64,000 nucleotides of DNA from Tolypothrix carrinoi HA7290-LM1 (GTDB taxonomy: Bacteria; Cyanobacteriota; Cyanobacteriia; Cyanobacteriales; Nostocaceae). Position numbers and translations under genes: made by a program. Every line of letters starts with the position of its first letter. Position 1 is the stretch's first letter. Under the pieces are notes generated by a model. It worked only from the letters and a program-made list of their open reading frames with translations. It was not told the origin of the DNA and did not search any database. The stretch lies in assembly GCA_019358935.1 (NCBI GenBank), contig JAHHIK010000004.1, forward strand, positions 1-64,000, read 5' to 3'. Below, in pieces: positions 31,254 through 41,815 of this stretch.

Positions 31254-33752
31254 ATGGAAAACAAAGCAAAAGAACAAAATCAAAAAAACGATTGGAATAA
31301 AAAAGGACTTGGTTGGGTTCCCGACTATCCAGACCTGCGTGACTACGATTTAACTGATGAAGAAGTTAAAAATAAGTTGAGGTTAAAAACAGACGAAAAA
31401 ACTGATAACATTGAACAGCTTCTTAACTTAATAATTGCAAATTTAAGTGAAGAAACTAGAGAGACAAGTCCGATAGATGAAATAAAAAATAAAATTTTAG
31501 GGAGTGTTGTATTTACAAAGGTAAAAGTTCACAAAGTCTTTAGAGATGAAGTATCAGAAAAGTATAGTAAATATATTATTAATAAAATAAATTATGAAAG
31601 TATACTTTCAAAGCAGATACTTGAATTGAAAAAATGCCTTGTTCTTTTAGTTTTGAACAAATATTTACTAGGTGTTGAGCAATTATCTGAGCAACCAAAA
31701 GAAGATGATTTTGTTAATTTTGACGATCCAGCAGAAGTTGTCGCATGGATGAAAAAAGATAAATATGATAAAACTACTCAAGTGCTTGTGAAGCTATTTC
31801 AACGTGGTTCCCTCATTAACGATGCAGATGGAATAGTTAGACTTGAAACTTACACCAATTTGAATGAATATTTTTCTAACTCTAAAAAATTGTTAAGCCT
31901 GAAAAAACGTAAAAATCACGAATTGAAAAAGCAAAAATTAACATCAGAAAGTAGATTTTTTTCTGTTACTTCGCTAATACCAACTGTAGCATTTAAGAAA
32001 ATACTGGATATTTTGAAATTGAAAGCTGTCGAACAAATCTTAAAAGAAATTCAAGAATTGCCAAGGCAAGAAAATAATCATTTATTAGATTTTGAGGAAA
32101 ATTTTCTCACTAACATTAAAGTTCAAACAGATTTTTTTGAAAAATTCTTTAAAAAAATACCTAATGATATTGGACGAGAGGATATCAAAGATGACAAAAA
32201 GTTAAAAAATAAAGTCAATGAGTTGTTGATTGAATATCAGAAAAGAAATAACCATTGTGTACTTCAAGATAGTGATATTTTAGAAGTATTACAAAATTCA
32301 TATTTATTTGAACCAATAGTTTCAGCTATTACTTATAGCCTTTCTCCTTTAGCTCAATGGAGAAATCAGAGTTTTGAAGATCTTCTAGAAATGGGTTTTG
32401 AGAAATTTGAAGAAATTTCTCAAGAAACATCTTCTGAAACCAAAACTAATTTAGGATATTCTCAGAAAGAATTAGCTAAAGAAGCGATTATTAAAGTTGT
32501 ATGTCTTCTGAAGGTTGAAATACGTTCGCTTGTAGAAAAAGAAAAAAAACTCAATGAAGACGAACAGAATGCTCAAAGTACCGAAGAAAAAAAGAAATTT
32601 ATCAGTACTGTTTTGTTCTGTTTCTTGTTAAAAAAATATCTGAATCGTTTTACAGATTGTATTATAGATCCCGAAAAGGCAGCTATTGATGAAATTAAGC
32701 CTAACATTTGTGATAAACAAGAAGTATTTGAAATTGAAAACTTAGTTGATGATAAAAATGAGGATAGTACTCAACAAAAAACAGAAAAATTAGAGCTTTT
32801 CCCAACTTTACAATTATACATTCCTTTAGTAAGCAACAGTCTAATTAAAGAGTTAAAAAGACGTAATAAAGAGGGAAGTTCAAGTGAAAAGATATTCTTT
32901 CTTCTTCCTGGTATAGTAGATTTAAGCTTTTGGTGTTCTCCAGTCAGAGATCAGGGGTCACTGAACTCTTGTACTGCCTTTGCTGCGATCGCTTTGTTAG
33001 AGTATTTTGCTAATAGAAATTATCAACAGAAAATAAATCCTTCTGCTTTGTTTCTCTATAAAGCTGCACGCCAAAAAATGAATGTTACAGGAGACGTGGG
33101 AGCATCTATAAGAGAAACAATCAAAGTACTAGCGCTATTTGGTGTTCCCCCGGAAGATTCCTGGAGTTACGATGAAGATAAAGTAGACGAAGAACCACCT
33201 CCCTATTGCTACGCTTATGCTCAAAATTATAAAACACTGAAATACTTTCTTTTAGATTATGCAGGCATTTCTAAAGAAAGCCTTCTGTTTCAAATTAAAG
33301 CAGTTCTAGCCGCAGGTTTTCCTTGTATTTTTGGGTTCACACTTTATGCTTCTGCATACGAAGATTCAAACGAACCAGGTCATATTCCCTATCCAGATCA
33401 AAAGAATGATAAAGTTGTCGGTGGGCACACCGCTGTAGTAGTTGGATATGATGATTACAAATTCATGTTGTGTGCCGATCGCAAGCACTATTCCCAAGGT
33501 GCATTCTTAATCAGAAACTCTTGGGGACCTGAATGGGGAGTCAATGGTTATGGCTGGCTTCCCTATGACTACGTGTTAGCTGGACTTACTGCCGCTTGGT
33601 GGTCGCTGCTGAAGTCAGAATGGTTTAATGAAGATAACTTCGGTTTGGCAGGAACAGGTGGGGAAGAACCACATAGGGAGACAAAAGGCTCAAATCAGCC
33701 TCCCAAAAAGCCTCCCAAAAAGCCTCCCAAAAAGCCTCCTCACAACCTCTAA
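31254..33752 (+). CDS. C1A papain-like cysteine protease with a long internal insertion
   Basis: N-terminal GLGWVPDYPDLRD; catalytic motifs DQGSLNSCTAF, GGHTAVVVGY and IRNSWG; C-terminal (PPKK)3. Confidence 0.88.
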   Translation: MENKAKEQNQKNDWNKKGLGWVPDYPDLRDYDLTDEEVKNKLRLKTDEKTDNIEQLLNLIIANLSEETRETSPIDEIKNKILGSVVFTKVKVHKVFRDEVSEKYSKYIINKINYESILSKQILELKKCLVLLVLNKYLLGVEQLSEQPKEDDFVNFDDPAEVVAWMKKDKYDKTTQVLVKLFQRGSLINDADGIVRLETYTNLNEYFSNSKKLLSLKKRKNHELKKQKLTSESRFFSVTSLIPTVAFKKILDILKLKAVEQILKEIQELPRQENNHLLDFEENFLTNIKVQTDFFEKFFKKIPNDIGREDIKDDKKLKNKVNELLIEYQKRNNHCVLQDSDILEVLQNSYLFEPIVSAITYSLSPLAQWRNQSFEDLLEMGFEKFEEISQETSSETKTNLGYSQKELAKEAIIKVVCLLKVEIRSLVEKEKKLNEDEQNAQSTEEKKKFISTVLFCFLLKKYLNRFTDCIIDPEKAAIDEIKPNICDKQEVFEIENLVDDKNEDSTQQKTEKLELFPTLQLYIPLVSNSLIKELKRRNKEGSSSEKIFFLLPGIVDLSFWCSPVRDQGSLNSCTAFAAIALLEYFANRNYQQKINPSALFLYKAARQKMNVTGDVGASIRETIKVLALFGVPPEDSWSYDEDKVDEEPPPYCYAYAQNYKTLKYFLLDYAGISKESLLFQIKAVLAAGFPCIFGFTLYASAYEDSNEPGHIPYPDQKNDKVVGGHTAVVVGYDDYKFMLCADRKHYSQGAFLIRNSWGPEWGVNGYGWLPYDYVLAGLTAAWWSLLKSEWFNEDNFGLAGTGGEEPHRETKGSNQPPKKPPKKPPKKPPHNL

Positions 33753-33835
33753 TATTAATAGTTAATAAAGCAAACAGCGCTAACCAAAAGGAATGCGCTG
33801 TTCTCTGCAATTTGGCTATTAACCAAAATTAAAAA

Positions 33836-33908
<73 letters not shown>

Positions 33909-34024
33909 GTTTTGACTCACATTTATAAACTATAGCAAAGTATTCCAAATCGCGCTACTATTTTTGAGAAATATTTTGCCGATCGCTTAATCCAAAATCC
34001 ACGCATCCAAAATCCAAAATCCCT

Positions 34025-34639
34025 ATGCCCTCTGGACGGACGCACGATCGCATTACTTTATGGGCTTTACCTTTTGTTGTGGCGATCGCCTTCTGGCAAA
34101 CTCGCAACGGCAACTTGACTTTATTGGTTGCTGGTGGGTTTATGTTCGGTGGGTTGATGTTCGGTCCCGATTTAGATATTTACTCGCGTCAATTTCAGCG
34201 CTGGGGTTGGTTGCGCTGGATTTGGCTACCTTATCAAAAACGTTTGCGTCATCGTTCTTTTTTCTCTCACGGTCCGATAATTGGGACAACGCTACGGGTG
34301 CTTTATCTGACTAGCTTGCTAGCAATTTTGTCAATTTTCGGTTTGGTGGTTGGTGCAAAGCTGGGAAATGTAACTTTGAATTGGCAGGATATAAGTGAAA
34401 ATGTAGGGCGATCGCTCTCTTCTTACTCTAGCGAATTATTAGCACTATTTTTGGGGTTAGAACTCGGTGCTATGAGTCATTCTCTCAGCGATTGGGGCGG
34501 TTCGGCTTACAAGCGTTTCCAAAAGCAAGGGGTTCAAGGATTGCTGCCGCGTGCGAAAATGAAGAAACGTAAAGTGAGTCGCGGTAAGCGTCGGGTGACG
34601 GTAGCGAAGCCAAGGGGGAAAAGTCAAAAGCGACAATAG
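34025..34639 (+). CDS. DUF2227-family putative metal-binding membrane protein
   Basis: MPSGRTHD, GPDLD, HRS..SHGP..GT..R..Y, SH..SD. Confidence 0.85.
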   Translation: MPSGRTHDRITLWALPFVVAIAFWQTRNGNLTLLVAGGFMFGGLMFGPDLDIYSRQFQRWGWLRWIWLPYQKRLRHRSFFSHGPIIGTTLRVLYLTSLLAILSIFGLVVGAKLGNVTLNWQDISENVGRSLSSYSSELLALFLGLELGAMSHSLSDWGGSAYKRFQKQGVQGLLPRAKMKKRKVSRGKRRVTVAKPRGKSQKRQ

Positions 34640-34697
34640 TTAGTTTTGAAACGCAGAGGGACGCTAAGGAAAACGCAGAGGGACGCTGAGTTTATTT

Positions 34698-35525
34698 ATG
34701 GAATTGAATCAAAATCAAAGGAATGCTGAGACGTTGACAGCGTTACAAGAATTAATTGATGTGGTGGCAAAGTTGCGTAATCCTGATGGTGGTTGTCCGT
34801 GGGATTTGGCGCAAACTCCGCAAACGCTGACACCATATGTGATAGAAGAAGCTTATGAAGTGGTGGACGCAATTAAAAGTGGGGATAAAGAGGCGATCGC
34901 TGAAGAACTGGGAGATTTACTTTTACAGGTAGTACTGCAAGCGCAAATCGCTAGCGAATATCAACAATTTTCCCTCAAAGAAGTCGCTCAAGGCATTTCC
35001 CAAAAGTTGATTCGTCGTCATCCCCATGTATTTGGTGATGTGTCGGTGGAAAGTGTTGATGAGGTGCGGCAAAATTGGGAACAAATCAAAGCTGAAGAAA
35101 AAGGCGAAACTCCAGATAATAAAAAACTTAGTGCTAAACTCAGTCGTTATGCTAAGACTCTTCCTCCGATGATAGCGGCAATGAAAATTTCCCAAAAAGC
35201 GGCTGCGGCTGGGTTTGAGTGGGAAAATATTGATGGTGTCTGGGCAAAGTTTCATGAGGAGTTGGCGGAATTTGAACAAGCTTTAGAACAAGAAACACCA
35301 GCAGAACAACAAGCGGAATTAGGCGATTTACTATTTTCGATTATTCAAGTTGCCCGATGGTATAATCTTGACCCGTCAGAAGCTTTGCAAGGTACAAATC
35401 AGCGATTTATTCAACGGTTACAAAAAATGGAGGCGTTTGCTAACCGCCCCCTTTCCGATTACACTTTGGATGAGTTAGAAGCACTTTGGCAACAAGCTAA
35501 AGCTAAACTTGCACAAGAGTCATAA
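34698..35525 (+). CDS. mazG: Nucleoside triphosphate pyrophosphohydrolase
   Basis: GCPWD..QT, EEAYE, EELGDLL, KLIRRHPHVF, second ELGDLL domain. Confidence 0.95.
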   Translation: MELNQNQRNAETLTALQELIDVVAKLRNPDGGCPWDLAQTPQTLTPYVIEEAYEVVDAIKSGDKEAIAEELGDLLLQVVLQAQIASEYQQFSLKEVAQGISQKLIRRHPHVFGDVSVESVDEVRQNWEQIKAEEKGETPDNKKLSAKLSRYAKTLPPMIAAMKISQKAAAAGFEWENIDGVWAKFHEELAEFEQALEQETPAEQQAELGDLLFSIIQVARWYNLDPSEALQGTNQRFIQRLQKMEAFANRPLSDYTLDELEALWQQAKAKLAQES

Positions 35526-36998
35526 TTACAATTTCACCGTGACGGTTTTGATTTCGGTGTAATGCTCTAAACAATACTCGCCGAGTTCGCGACCCATACC
35601 GGATTGTTTAAATCCGCCGAAGGGTGCAGCAGCGTCAAACACATGGTAGCAATTCACCCAAACAGTACCGGCGCGGACGTTATTAGCGATCGCCAAAGCC
35701 TTGGTAATGTCCTTTGTCCACACCCCGGCAGCAAGACCGTACATTGTAGTGTTAGCTAAATGAATTACCTCGTCGATGTCCTTGAACTTAATAATGCTCA
35801 TCACTGGACCGAAGATTTCTTCTTGGGCAATCTTCATGTCGTTGCGAACATCTGCAAAAACAGTCGGCTGAATGAAGTAACCGCGATCGCCAACTTGATT
35901 ACCACCACATAACATCTGGGCACCTTCTCGCATACCCGACTCAATGTAGCTCATCACCTTGTCGAACTGGTCTTTATCTACCTGCGGTCCTTGCTGAGTA
36001 TTACTATCAAAGGGGTTGCCAACGACACGTTGCTTGGCTCTTTCCACACTCTTAGCAACGAACTCGTCGTAACATTTTTCTTCCACAAACAACCGCGAAC
36101 CGGCATTGCAACACTGACCTTGGTTGAAGAATAAGGCGTTGTGGGCACCTTGAATCGCTTCATCCATATCAGCATCGGCAAAGACGATATTGGGACTCTT
36201 ACCACCAAGTTCTAGAGTTACCCGTTTCAGGTTGCTCTTTGCAGCAGCCTCCATTATCAAGTGTCCTACTTCAGTAGAACCAGTGAATGCTACTTTGTCA
36301 ATATCCATGTGGTGGGAAATTGCCGCTCCTGCTGTTGGACCATATCCTGATAAAATATTGACCACACCAGGGGGGAAACCAGCTTCGATAATTAACTCAC
36401 CTACTCGCAACGCAGACAACGGTGTTTGTTCGGCTGTTTTCATCACCACAGTATTGCCCGTTGCCAAAGCAGGTCCGAGTTTCCACGCTTGCATCAGTAG
36501 CGGGAAATTCCAAGGAATAATCTGACCAACCACACCAACAGGCTCATGACGTGTGTAGCAGAAGTACGGACCATTAATTGGGATGGTCTTACCTTGCACC
36601 TTGTCAGCCCAACCTGCATAATAGCGGTAACAAGCGATGACCAGCCGTAAGTCAGCATTTAAAGAATCACTCAGCGGTTTGCCGTTATCGAGAGTTTCCA
36701 ACCGTGCCAACTCGTCGATATTCTGCTCAATTAAATCAGCCAGCTTGTAAAGTAACTCTCCGCGACGGGTGGCGGACATTTTTGACCATTCCCCACTGGT
36801 GAAAGCATTACGAGCTGCTTGCACTGCCTTATCTACATCCGGTGCATCTGCTTCTGCAACTTCGCAGATAGTCTCGCCGGTAGCAGGGTTAATCGTTTCA
36901 AATCGGCGATCGCTAACACTATTCACCCACTCATTGTTAATCAGCAGTTGCGTGGGACCAATTTTGACCTGTTTTTCTGGTACGCTAGCTATAACCAT
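35526..36998 (-). CDS. NAD-dependent aldehyde dehydrogenase
   Basis: [36 protein letters not shown]. Confidence 0.95.
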   Translation of the reverse strand: MVIASVPEKQVKIGPTQLLINNEWVNSVSDRRFETINPATGETICEVAEADAPDVDKAVQAARNAFTSGEWSKMSATRRGELLYKLADLIEQNIDELARLETLDNGKPLSDSLNADLRLVIACYRYYAGWADKVQGKTIPINGPYFCYTRHEPVGVVGQIIPWNFPLLMQAWKLGPALATGNTVVMKTAEQTPLSALRVGELIIEAGFPPGVVNILSGYGPTAGAAISHHMDIDKVAFTGSTEVGHLIMEAAAKSNLKRVTLELGGKSPNIVFADADMDEAIQGAHNALFFNQGQCCNAGSRLFVEEKCYDEFVAKSVERAKQRVVGNPFDSNTQQGPQVDKDQFDKVMSYIESGMREGAQMLCGGNQVGDRGYFIQPTVFADVRNDMKIAQEEIFGPVMSIIKFKDIDEVIHLANTTMYGLAAGVWTKDITKALAIANNVRAGTVWVNCYHVFDAAAPFGGFKQSGMGRELGEYCLEHYTEIKTVTVKL

Positions 36999-37179
36999 CA
37001 GGTTCTCCTTAAGCTTTGATAAAAAAATTTGCTTAAATCTATTAATTATGTTTGTTCATATACAGCACATTTTGTAATTTCTTTATGTAATTTTTCGATT
37101 TGATTTACATAAAAATATATAAAAAAACTTTAACTGTAGTAAGCGGCTTTAGCCCTTCTTTTTTAATCTTTAGATGATG

Positions 37180-37986
37180 CTACAACAATCGTGCCGCTGC
37201 CTCATAAAGCTTTTGGTTACAGTTAGTAATAATTGGGCTACCATGAGCAACACAAATTACGTGTAAGTCAGACGTATTGGCGGCTAATTCTTCAAGCCAT
37301 TGACGATAAGCTTGGCGATCGCTCATAAAAAACCGCTTACCTAACTCGGTAATTCCGAAGAACCCACCGCTTCCTATCCACTGAAGGATGAGCTTACCTT
37401 TGGGTGCGTACTGCTGAAGATAGGATTCTGTCAAGTTAAACAAGATGTCTGTAAACACCAACGCTTTGCCCGGTGATAATGGTAATTCGTAAACAAGCTC
37501 TTGCGGACGAATTCCGGCAGGTTGATGGCAGACAATTCCATAGTTAGGTAGAACTTCTTCGGCAAGTCCATCAACTGACACAACTTCTTCAACATATGGC
37601 AATGCTGCGGATGGACAAACAACCAAGAGTTTTGGGTAACGCTGTTTATACACAGCTGCATCCAAGCGATGAATTCGATTAGGCACAACCATGACTTTTG
37701 GAGTTCCGAGAGATTCAAGAGTTGTCATTGTCTCGGAGTCTAAAGCGATCGCGCTATGAATCAGCAAGTCACCATCTGCAAGCTTAAAGATCGCCATTTC
37801 CCGTGGTGGAAGCATCGGATTAGGCAGCGTGCCTGTTACATGCCATAGATTCGGGGCTAAATTTTCAATATTACTATGCGGCAATACATAAGATTGCCAA
37901 TTCTCAACAGGTTTTTGACGATGTTTGACTAGAGAGTTTAGGTAATAAAAGACTTCAGTAGGAGAGCCTTTCCTTCTCGGCTCCAT
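37180..37986 (-). CDS. Hypothetical protein, DUF4336/metallo-beta-lactamase-like fold
   Basis: LLIHSAI, VVPNRIHRLD, VFTDILFN, VAHG. Confidence 0.6.
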   Translation of the reverse strand: MEPRRKGSPTEVFYYLNSLVKHRQKPVENWQSYVLPHSNIENLAPNLWHVTGTLPNPMLPPREMAIFKLADGDLLIHSAIALDSETMTTLESLGTPKVMVVPNRIHRLDAAVYKQRYPKLLVVCPSAALPYVEEVVSVDGLAEEVLPNYGIVCHQPAGIRPQELVYELPLSPGKALVFTDILFNLTESYLQQYAPKGKLILQWIGSGGFFGITELGKRFFMSDRQAYRQWLEELAANTSDLHVICVAHGSPIITNCNQKLYEAAARLL

Positions 37987-38010
37987 AGGTACACCTCATC
38001 CTGCTTTGCT

Positions 38011-38505
38011 AAGAGAGTATTGCATAGATTTTGACACTCCCCGACTATCGCGGTACGGGGATTCTTGGTTCATCCAGCAAGCCGTAAACCTTCATATCCC
38101 TATTCCCAATCGCCGATTGGTACACGGGCAATACCTAACCAAACATCTGCTACTATTGTACAAAATGTCGAGCCAGTTTATGAAAGACCTAGAGGGCATC
38201 TGTCCACGCCAGTCGCTTCAAGTCGGGAAACCCGCCCAACGCGCTGGCTCCCAAGCTTTCGGGTACTTTGCCGAGAGTGCCTTAAAAGCGTGTTCCTCTG
38301 TTTTCCCCACATTCCGGCGTGCCCCGCCGTATGTTGTTAATTAAGTTGTTTCTTTTCTAGGTTCACGCGCAATCTGTTAGATAACGACTAGGTTTTTAAA
38401 GAGGATTTTCCTTACCCTCTTAGCATTACTACTTCCTAGCCAGTCGAGTGGAGACACCCCAGATTTGTATAGTCTCGTGCTAGCGGTTTTTCAGCCTGTG
38501 CTATA
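38011..38505 (-). ncRNA. Putative standalone, expanded TnpB-type omegaRNA/reRNA
   Basis: Non-coding tract between a near-consensus promoter and the RE hairpin; boundaries inferred. Confidence 0.5.
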
Positions 38506-38510
38506 TTATT

Positions 38511-38540
38511 AGTATAGGTTACGGTTCACTCTTATGTCAA
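38511..38540 (-). promoter_or_regulatory. Sigma70-type promoter TTGACA-N18-TATACT
   Basis: -35 at 38540-38535 overlaps the start codon of the divergent RHH gene; -10 at 38516-38511. Confidence 0.65.
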
Positions 38541-38731
38541 CGGGAAAAGGCAAAAAAAGAGTTCGGAATATTCCGGTATTGCATGACGAACCGAAGAAGA
38601 AACGCGGCGTATGGTTGACAGACACCGCGTGGCATTCAATACAGGAATTAGCTATAAAAGAAGGGGTTAGCGCTAGCGAGTATTTAGAAGAGTTAATTAG
38701 AGGGCATTGCACCACAAAGCGGAAAGTTTGA
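38534..38731 (+). CDS. CopG-like ribbon-helix-helix protein inside element 2
   Basis: KKKRGVWLTDTAW..IQELA..EGVSASEYLEELIR; last codons come from an inserted dispersed repeat. Confidence 0.75.
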   Translation: MSTGKGKKRVRNIPVLHDEPKKKRGVWLTDTAWHSIQELAIKEGVSASEYLEELIRGHCTTKRKV

Positions 38732-39041
38732 GCGGAGGTTCCCTCCGATCAAACATGAGTCAAGACGGCGTAAACGCAAAGTCTGCCGGACAGAAGCTTC
38801 TGTCCGGCGAGCTTTGCGCCTTTAACCGTTTTCATCCCTTGCTATCGCGTACAGATGTGGCACTATGACGTGCCACATCTTCAAGGGTTTTCAACGAGTA
38901 TTCTTATAAACAAGATTTACGCAAGAATTTTATCCGCTTTAACCCACACAATAAAAGGAGGCAGTACCCGCTACTCACTACCTCCTTTGTAATTACAGCT
39001 TGGATAAATTAGAAATGCTCTGACAGCAAGCTAAAATTTAG

Positions 39042-41039
39042 CTATTTGCCGGTCATAAACAACGTAATGACCACTCCTAGGATAATCGATCCGCCACCCA
39101 AGACAAATGACCAAAAGCGATGGTAACTGTTGACAAGAGTGCCGCTTTCACTATTGAGTTGACTTAAATCCATCCACGGTGCGACACCTCGACGGAACCA
39201 ACCTACAGCTCCAACTGATTCGCCAATCAAGCTTTCAACTCGTTTCATTCCAAACAAGAAATTACCAATCGGACCAAAGCGCGAAGCATAATGCAAATAA
39301 AGCATTCCGCTGCGGTCTTGAATTTTCAAGTCAGAACCAAATTTATAACCGGAATCGCCACGACCAATTAGCGTACCTTGCAGTTTCGCAGGTCTTCCAC
39401 GCAACGGACTAGCATAAGGGTCTGACATCAAAGTGAGAACGTCAGTTTCTGGCGCTTGGCTGTAGCTGGGAAACATAATGAAGGCTTTGATTACCACTCC
39501 TACACCTAAACCGATGAGTGGCGCACCCAGCATCAAACCTGGGTTTTGTGAACTTGACCACAAGATAGCGCCGATAATCAAGCCGGCGACAAACCCAATC
39601 GTTTCAGCACCGTAGAGGATAACATCTAAGAAGAAGCTGCCGTAAAGCTTACTTTTATTGAGAGTTTTGCCTTCGCCAATAACTCGCCCCATGTCGAATT
39701 CAGTTGCTAAACCAAGCTGTTCTGCATAGGTGCTGAGAGCGCGAACTCGTTTACCTGTCAAGGGGTGAGTGGAATTTAACTCCATCCACCAGCCCCACGG
39801 ATTAAACATATCCCACAGAAAGACGCGACCGATTTTTTGCGGATCGGAAGCAATGCGGTAAGCGGTTCCGGTAGACGCAGCAGCTTTATGATCGTAAATA
39901 CCCAAGGCGCGAGTACCTTCAATTAAACGGCTGGGTTCTTTTGCCCGCGAACCTTCTTCTAAAATGCCGTAGGCTATTTTCACTAAAGCACGGGAAAGTC
40001 CGTTGGGGTTGCCGGTGGTTTCTGCGGCAAAGTGGTCAGCAAAGTATTCTCGCGTGCGGGAGAGGTACAGTACTAGGTATGTACCAACGATGTAAAACAC
40101 ATAGGCAGCTAGGGCAGCAGCTTGTGCCGCATCTTTGATTTTGCTATCACCACCGCCACGTCCAAGGCTTCTGGCTGTGATGTAAATCAAATAGCAAATT
40201 TGCACTAAGGTGGAAGCTACTGTCATTACCGCAAAATCCCAGTGGACGATGTGTCCTAATTCGTGGGCGTAGACGGTAGCAATTTCATCATCATCTAGGT
40301 AGGTGAAAAGTCCGTGACTGACGACTAAGCGGGCGCTATTGGGTAATGAGCCGTAAGTAAAAGCCGTGGGGTTTTCGTCGTCAATGATTCCCAAACGAGG
40401 AATTTTTAATTTTTTCTGCTGACAAACGCGACGAATTACTCTGGCTGTTTCTGGACTGAGATTTTCAACTTCTGCCAAGTCTACCCAACGAGTATGGTAA
40501 AGCCAACTTTGGGTTAAGTCCATCAAAAAGGGAGACAAAAAGAAGGCAGCGAGGTTGAAAATAACTGTGATAGCTAGAGCGATCGCTAATCCATTTATCG
40601 GTGCATCGCTATTGACAATAAATACCAGCGCTAAACCTAAAACGAACACCATGCCAAACAGCAAGGTGAGGGTGACACCAGATGCTAGTGCTAAACTACC
40701 ACCGACACCCTTCATGGCTAACTTAACACCCGCTGTCGCAGCGCGTTCGCTTTTTTCAATTTTGCGAGGTGGCGTTTTTGCAGGTTGATGTAAAGTAGGG
40801 TAAGCTTTTTCTGCCCAGGTGCGTACCTCAAAATTATCGCTGTTAATTAACCGCTGACACAGGTCACAAGCTTTTTCAATTTTTCCTGTGGCTTGATACG
40901 CTTTCAGCAGCCACATCTGCGCGTTCAAATAGCCTGGAGAAGTTTCATCAAAATTATTTCGACTGAATTCTTCTAGTAACTCGATAGCTTCTTGATAACG
41001 TCCTTGTTTAAAGGCATCTAATCCTGATTGCAGTGACAT
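39042..41039 (-). CDS. HtpX-like M48 zinc metalloprotease with N-terminal TPR-like region
   Basis: PTAFTYG, AHELGH, LSRTREYFAD, STHPLTGKR, TM helices. Confidence 0.9.
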   Translation of the reverse strand: MSLQSGLDAFKQGRYQEAIELLEEFSRNNFDETSPGYLNAQMWLLKAYQATGKIEKACDLCQRLINSDNFEVRTWAEKAYPTLHQPAKTPPRKIEKSERAATAGVKLAMKGVGGSLALASGVTLTLLFGMVFVLGLALVFIVNSDAPINGLAIALAITVIFNLAAFFLSPFLMDLTQSWLYHTRWVDLAEVENLSPETARVIRRVCQQKKLKIPRLGIIDDENPTAFTYGSLPNSARLVVSHGLFTYLDDDEIATVYAHELGHIVHWDFAVMTVASTLVQICYLIYITARSLGRGGGDSKIKDAAQAAALAAYVFYIVGTYLVLYLSRTREYFADHFAAETTGNPNGLSRALVKIAYGILEEGSRAKEPSRLIEGTRALGIYDHKAAASTGTAYRIASDPQKIGRVFLWDMFNPWGWWMELNSTHPLTGKRVRALSTYAEQLGLATEFDMGRVIGEGKTLNKSKLYGSFFLDVILYGAETIGFVAGLIIGAILWSSSQNPGLMLGAPLIGLGVGVVIKAFIMFPSYSQAPETDVLTLMSDPYASPLRGRPAKLQGTLIGRGDSGYKFGSDLKIQDRSGMLYLHYASRFGPIGNFLFGMKRVESLIGESVGAVGWFRRGVAPWMDLSQLNSESGTLVNSYHRFWSFVLGGGSIILGVVITLFMTGK

Positions 41040-41197
41040 AATATCTCCCTTTGGGAGGAGTGGTATTTATCTATCAATACTCAATAGATACAGCGATCGC
41101 CACCGCAATTACGGAAAAGTTTTTCGACACATATATTAATATGTGTTTTCACTACTTCTATAAAGTTTCTTTAATTTTTATCAGTGAATCGCGCAAG

Positions 41198-41312
41198 TAG
41201 GGGAGGGGGAGAGGGGGGGACAAGGAGAGGGGGGGAGGGGGAGAGGGGGAGAGTATTAAATTTTGAATTCTCCTTGTCTCCTTGTCTCCTTGTCCCCTTG
41301 TCCCCTTGTCCC
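41198..41312. repeat. Inverted G-rich / CCTTGTC short tandem repeat tracts
   Basis: GGGGAGAGGGGGG... followed by (CTCCTTGT/CCCCTTGT)n. Confidence 0.8.
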
Positions 41313-41350
41313 TTGCGGTCTATTTGTATCAACCTTAAAGTAAAACGGTA

Positions 41351-41815
41351 TTAGTGGGGAATTTTGCTTAACTCGAACCAAGTGCGATCTTCGACAATGC
41401 CATCATGAGGCAACTCAGTACGTTTTTGCAGCTCTTTGACTGCACGTTCTAGCTTAGAACCAAATTCACCGTCGATCGCACCGTTATAATCTTTGCTAGA
41501 CTTGAGAAGATTCTGAACGGTTTTCACTAAGTCGCCTTTGCTGCCTTTCTTCAAAATTGGCATATCGACTGGCGCACCTTTAAACAATGCCCGCCAAGTA
41601 TTATCGGCAACAATACCATCTTCTTTGAGAAATACGCGATGTTGAAAGGCTATGACACCTTTTTTGGTCAGAGGACCAAATGCACCATCAATCGCACCCG
41701 TGTAAGTATTGTATTTTTTGAGAAGTTGTTGCAGTTCTTTGACTGCATCACCTGTAGAACCTTCTTTCAATACAGGTTTGTTGAGTTGAGCAGAGACATC
41801 ATTAGTAGATTGCAT
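41351..41815 (-). CDS. Peptidoglycan-binding domain protein (two PG_binding_1 domains)
   Basis: LKEGS.G.AV..LQ..L......IDG.FG..T...V..FQ......DGIV...TW occurs twice. Confidence 0.9.
   Translation of the reverse strand: MQSTNDVSAQLNKPVLKEGSTGDAVKELQQLLKKYNTYTGAIDGAFGPLTKKGVIAFQHRVFLKEDGIVADNTWRALFKGAPVDMPILKKGSKGDLVKTVQNLLKSSKDYNGAIDGEFGSKLERAVKELQKRTELPHDGIVEDRTWFELSKIPH

Larger units (their letters stand above)
38031..38905 (-). mobile_element. Non-autonomous IS200/IS605-family derivative lacking tnpA and tnpB (element 2)
   Basis: Minus strand ends GATGAACCAAGAATCCCCGTACCGCGATAGTCGGGGAGTGTCAA (RE-type). The other end reads TTTAT|AAGAATACTCGTTGAAAACCCTTG...CAAGGGATGAAAACGG (LE-type). Internal TACGGCGGGGCACGCCGGAA resembles tnpB 3' ends. 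Confidence 0.75.

Noticed and set aside
38006..38344. 112-aa and 91-aa plus-strand ORFs
   Set aside because: Antisense to the omegaRNA-like tract, include a dispersed repeat, and have no protein-like motifs
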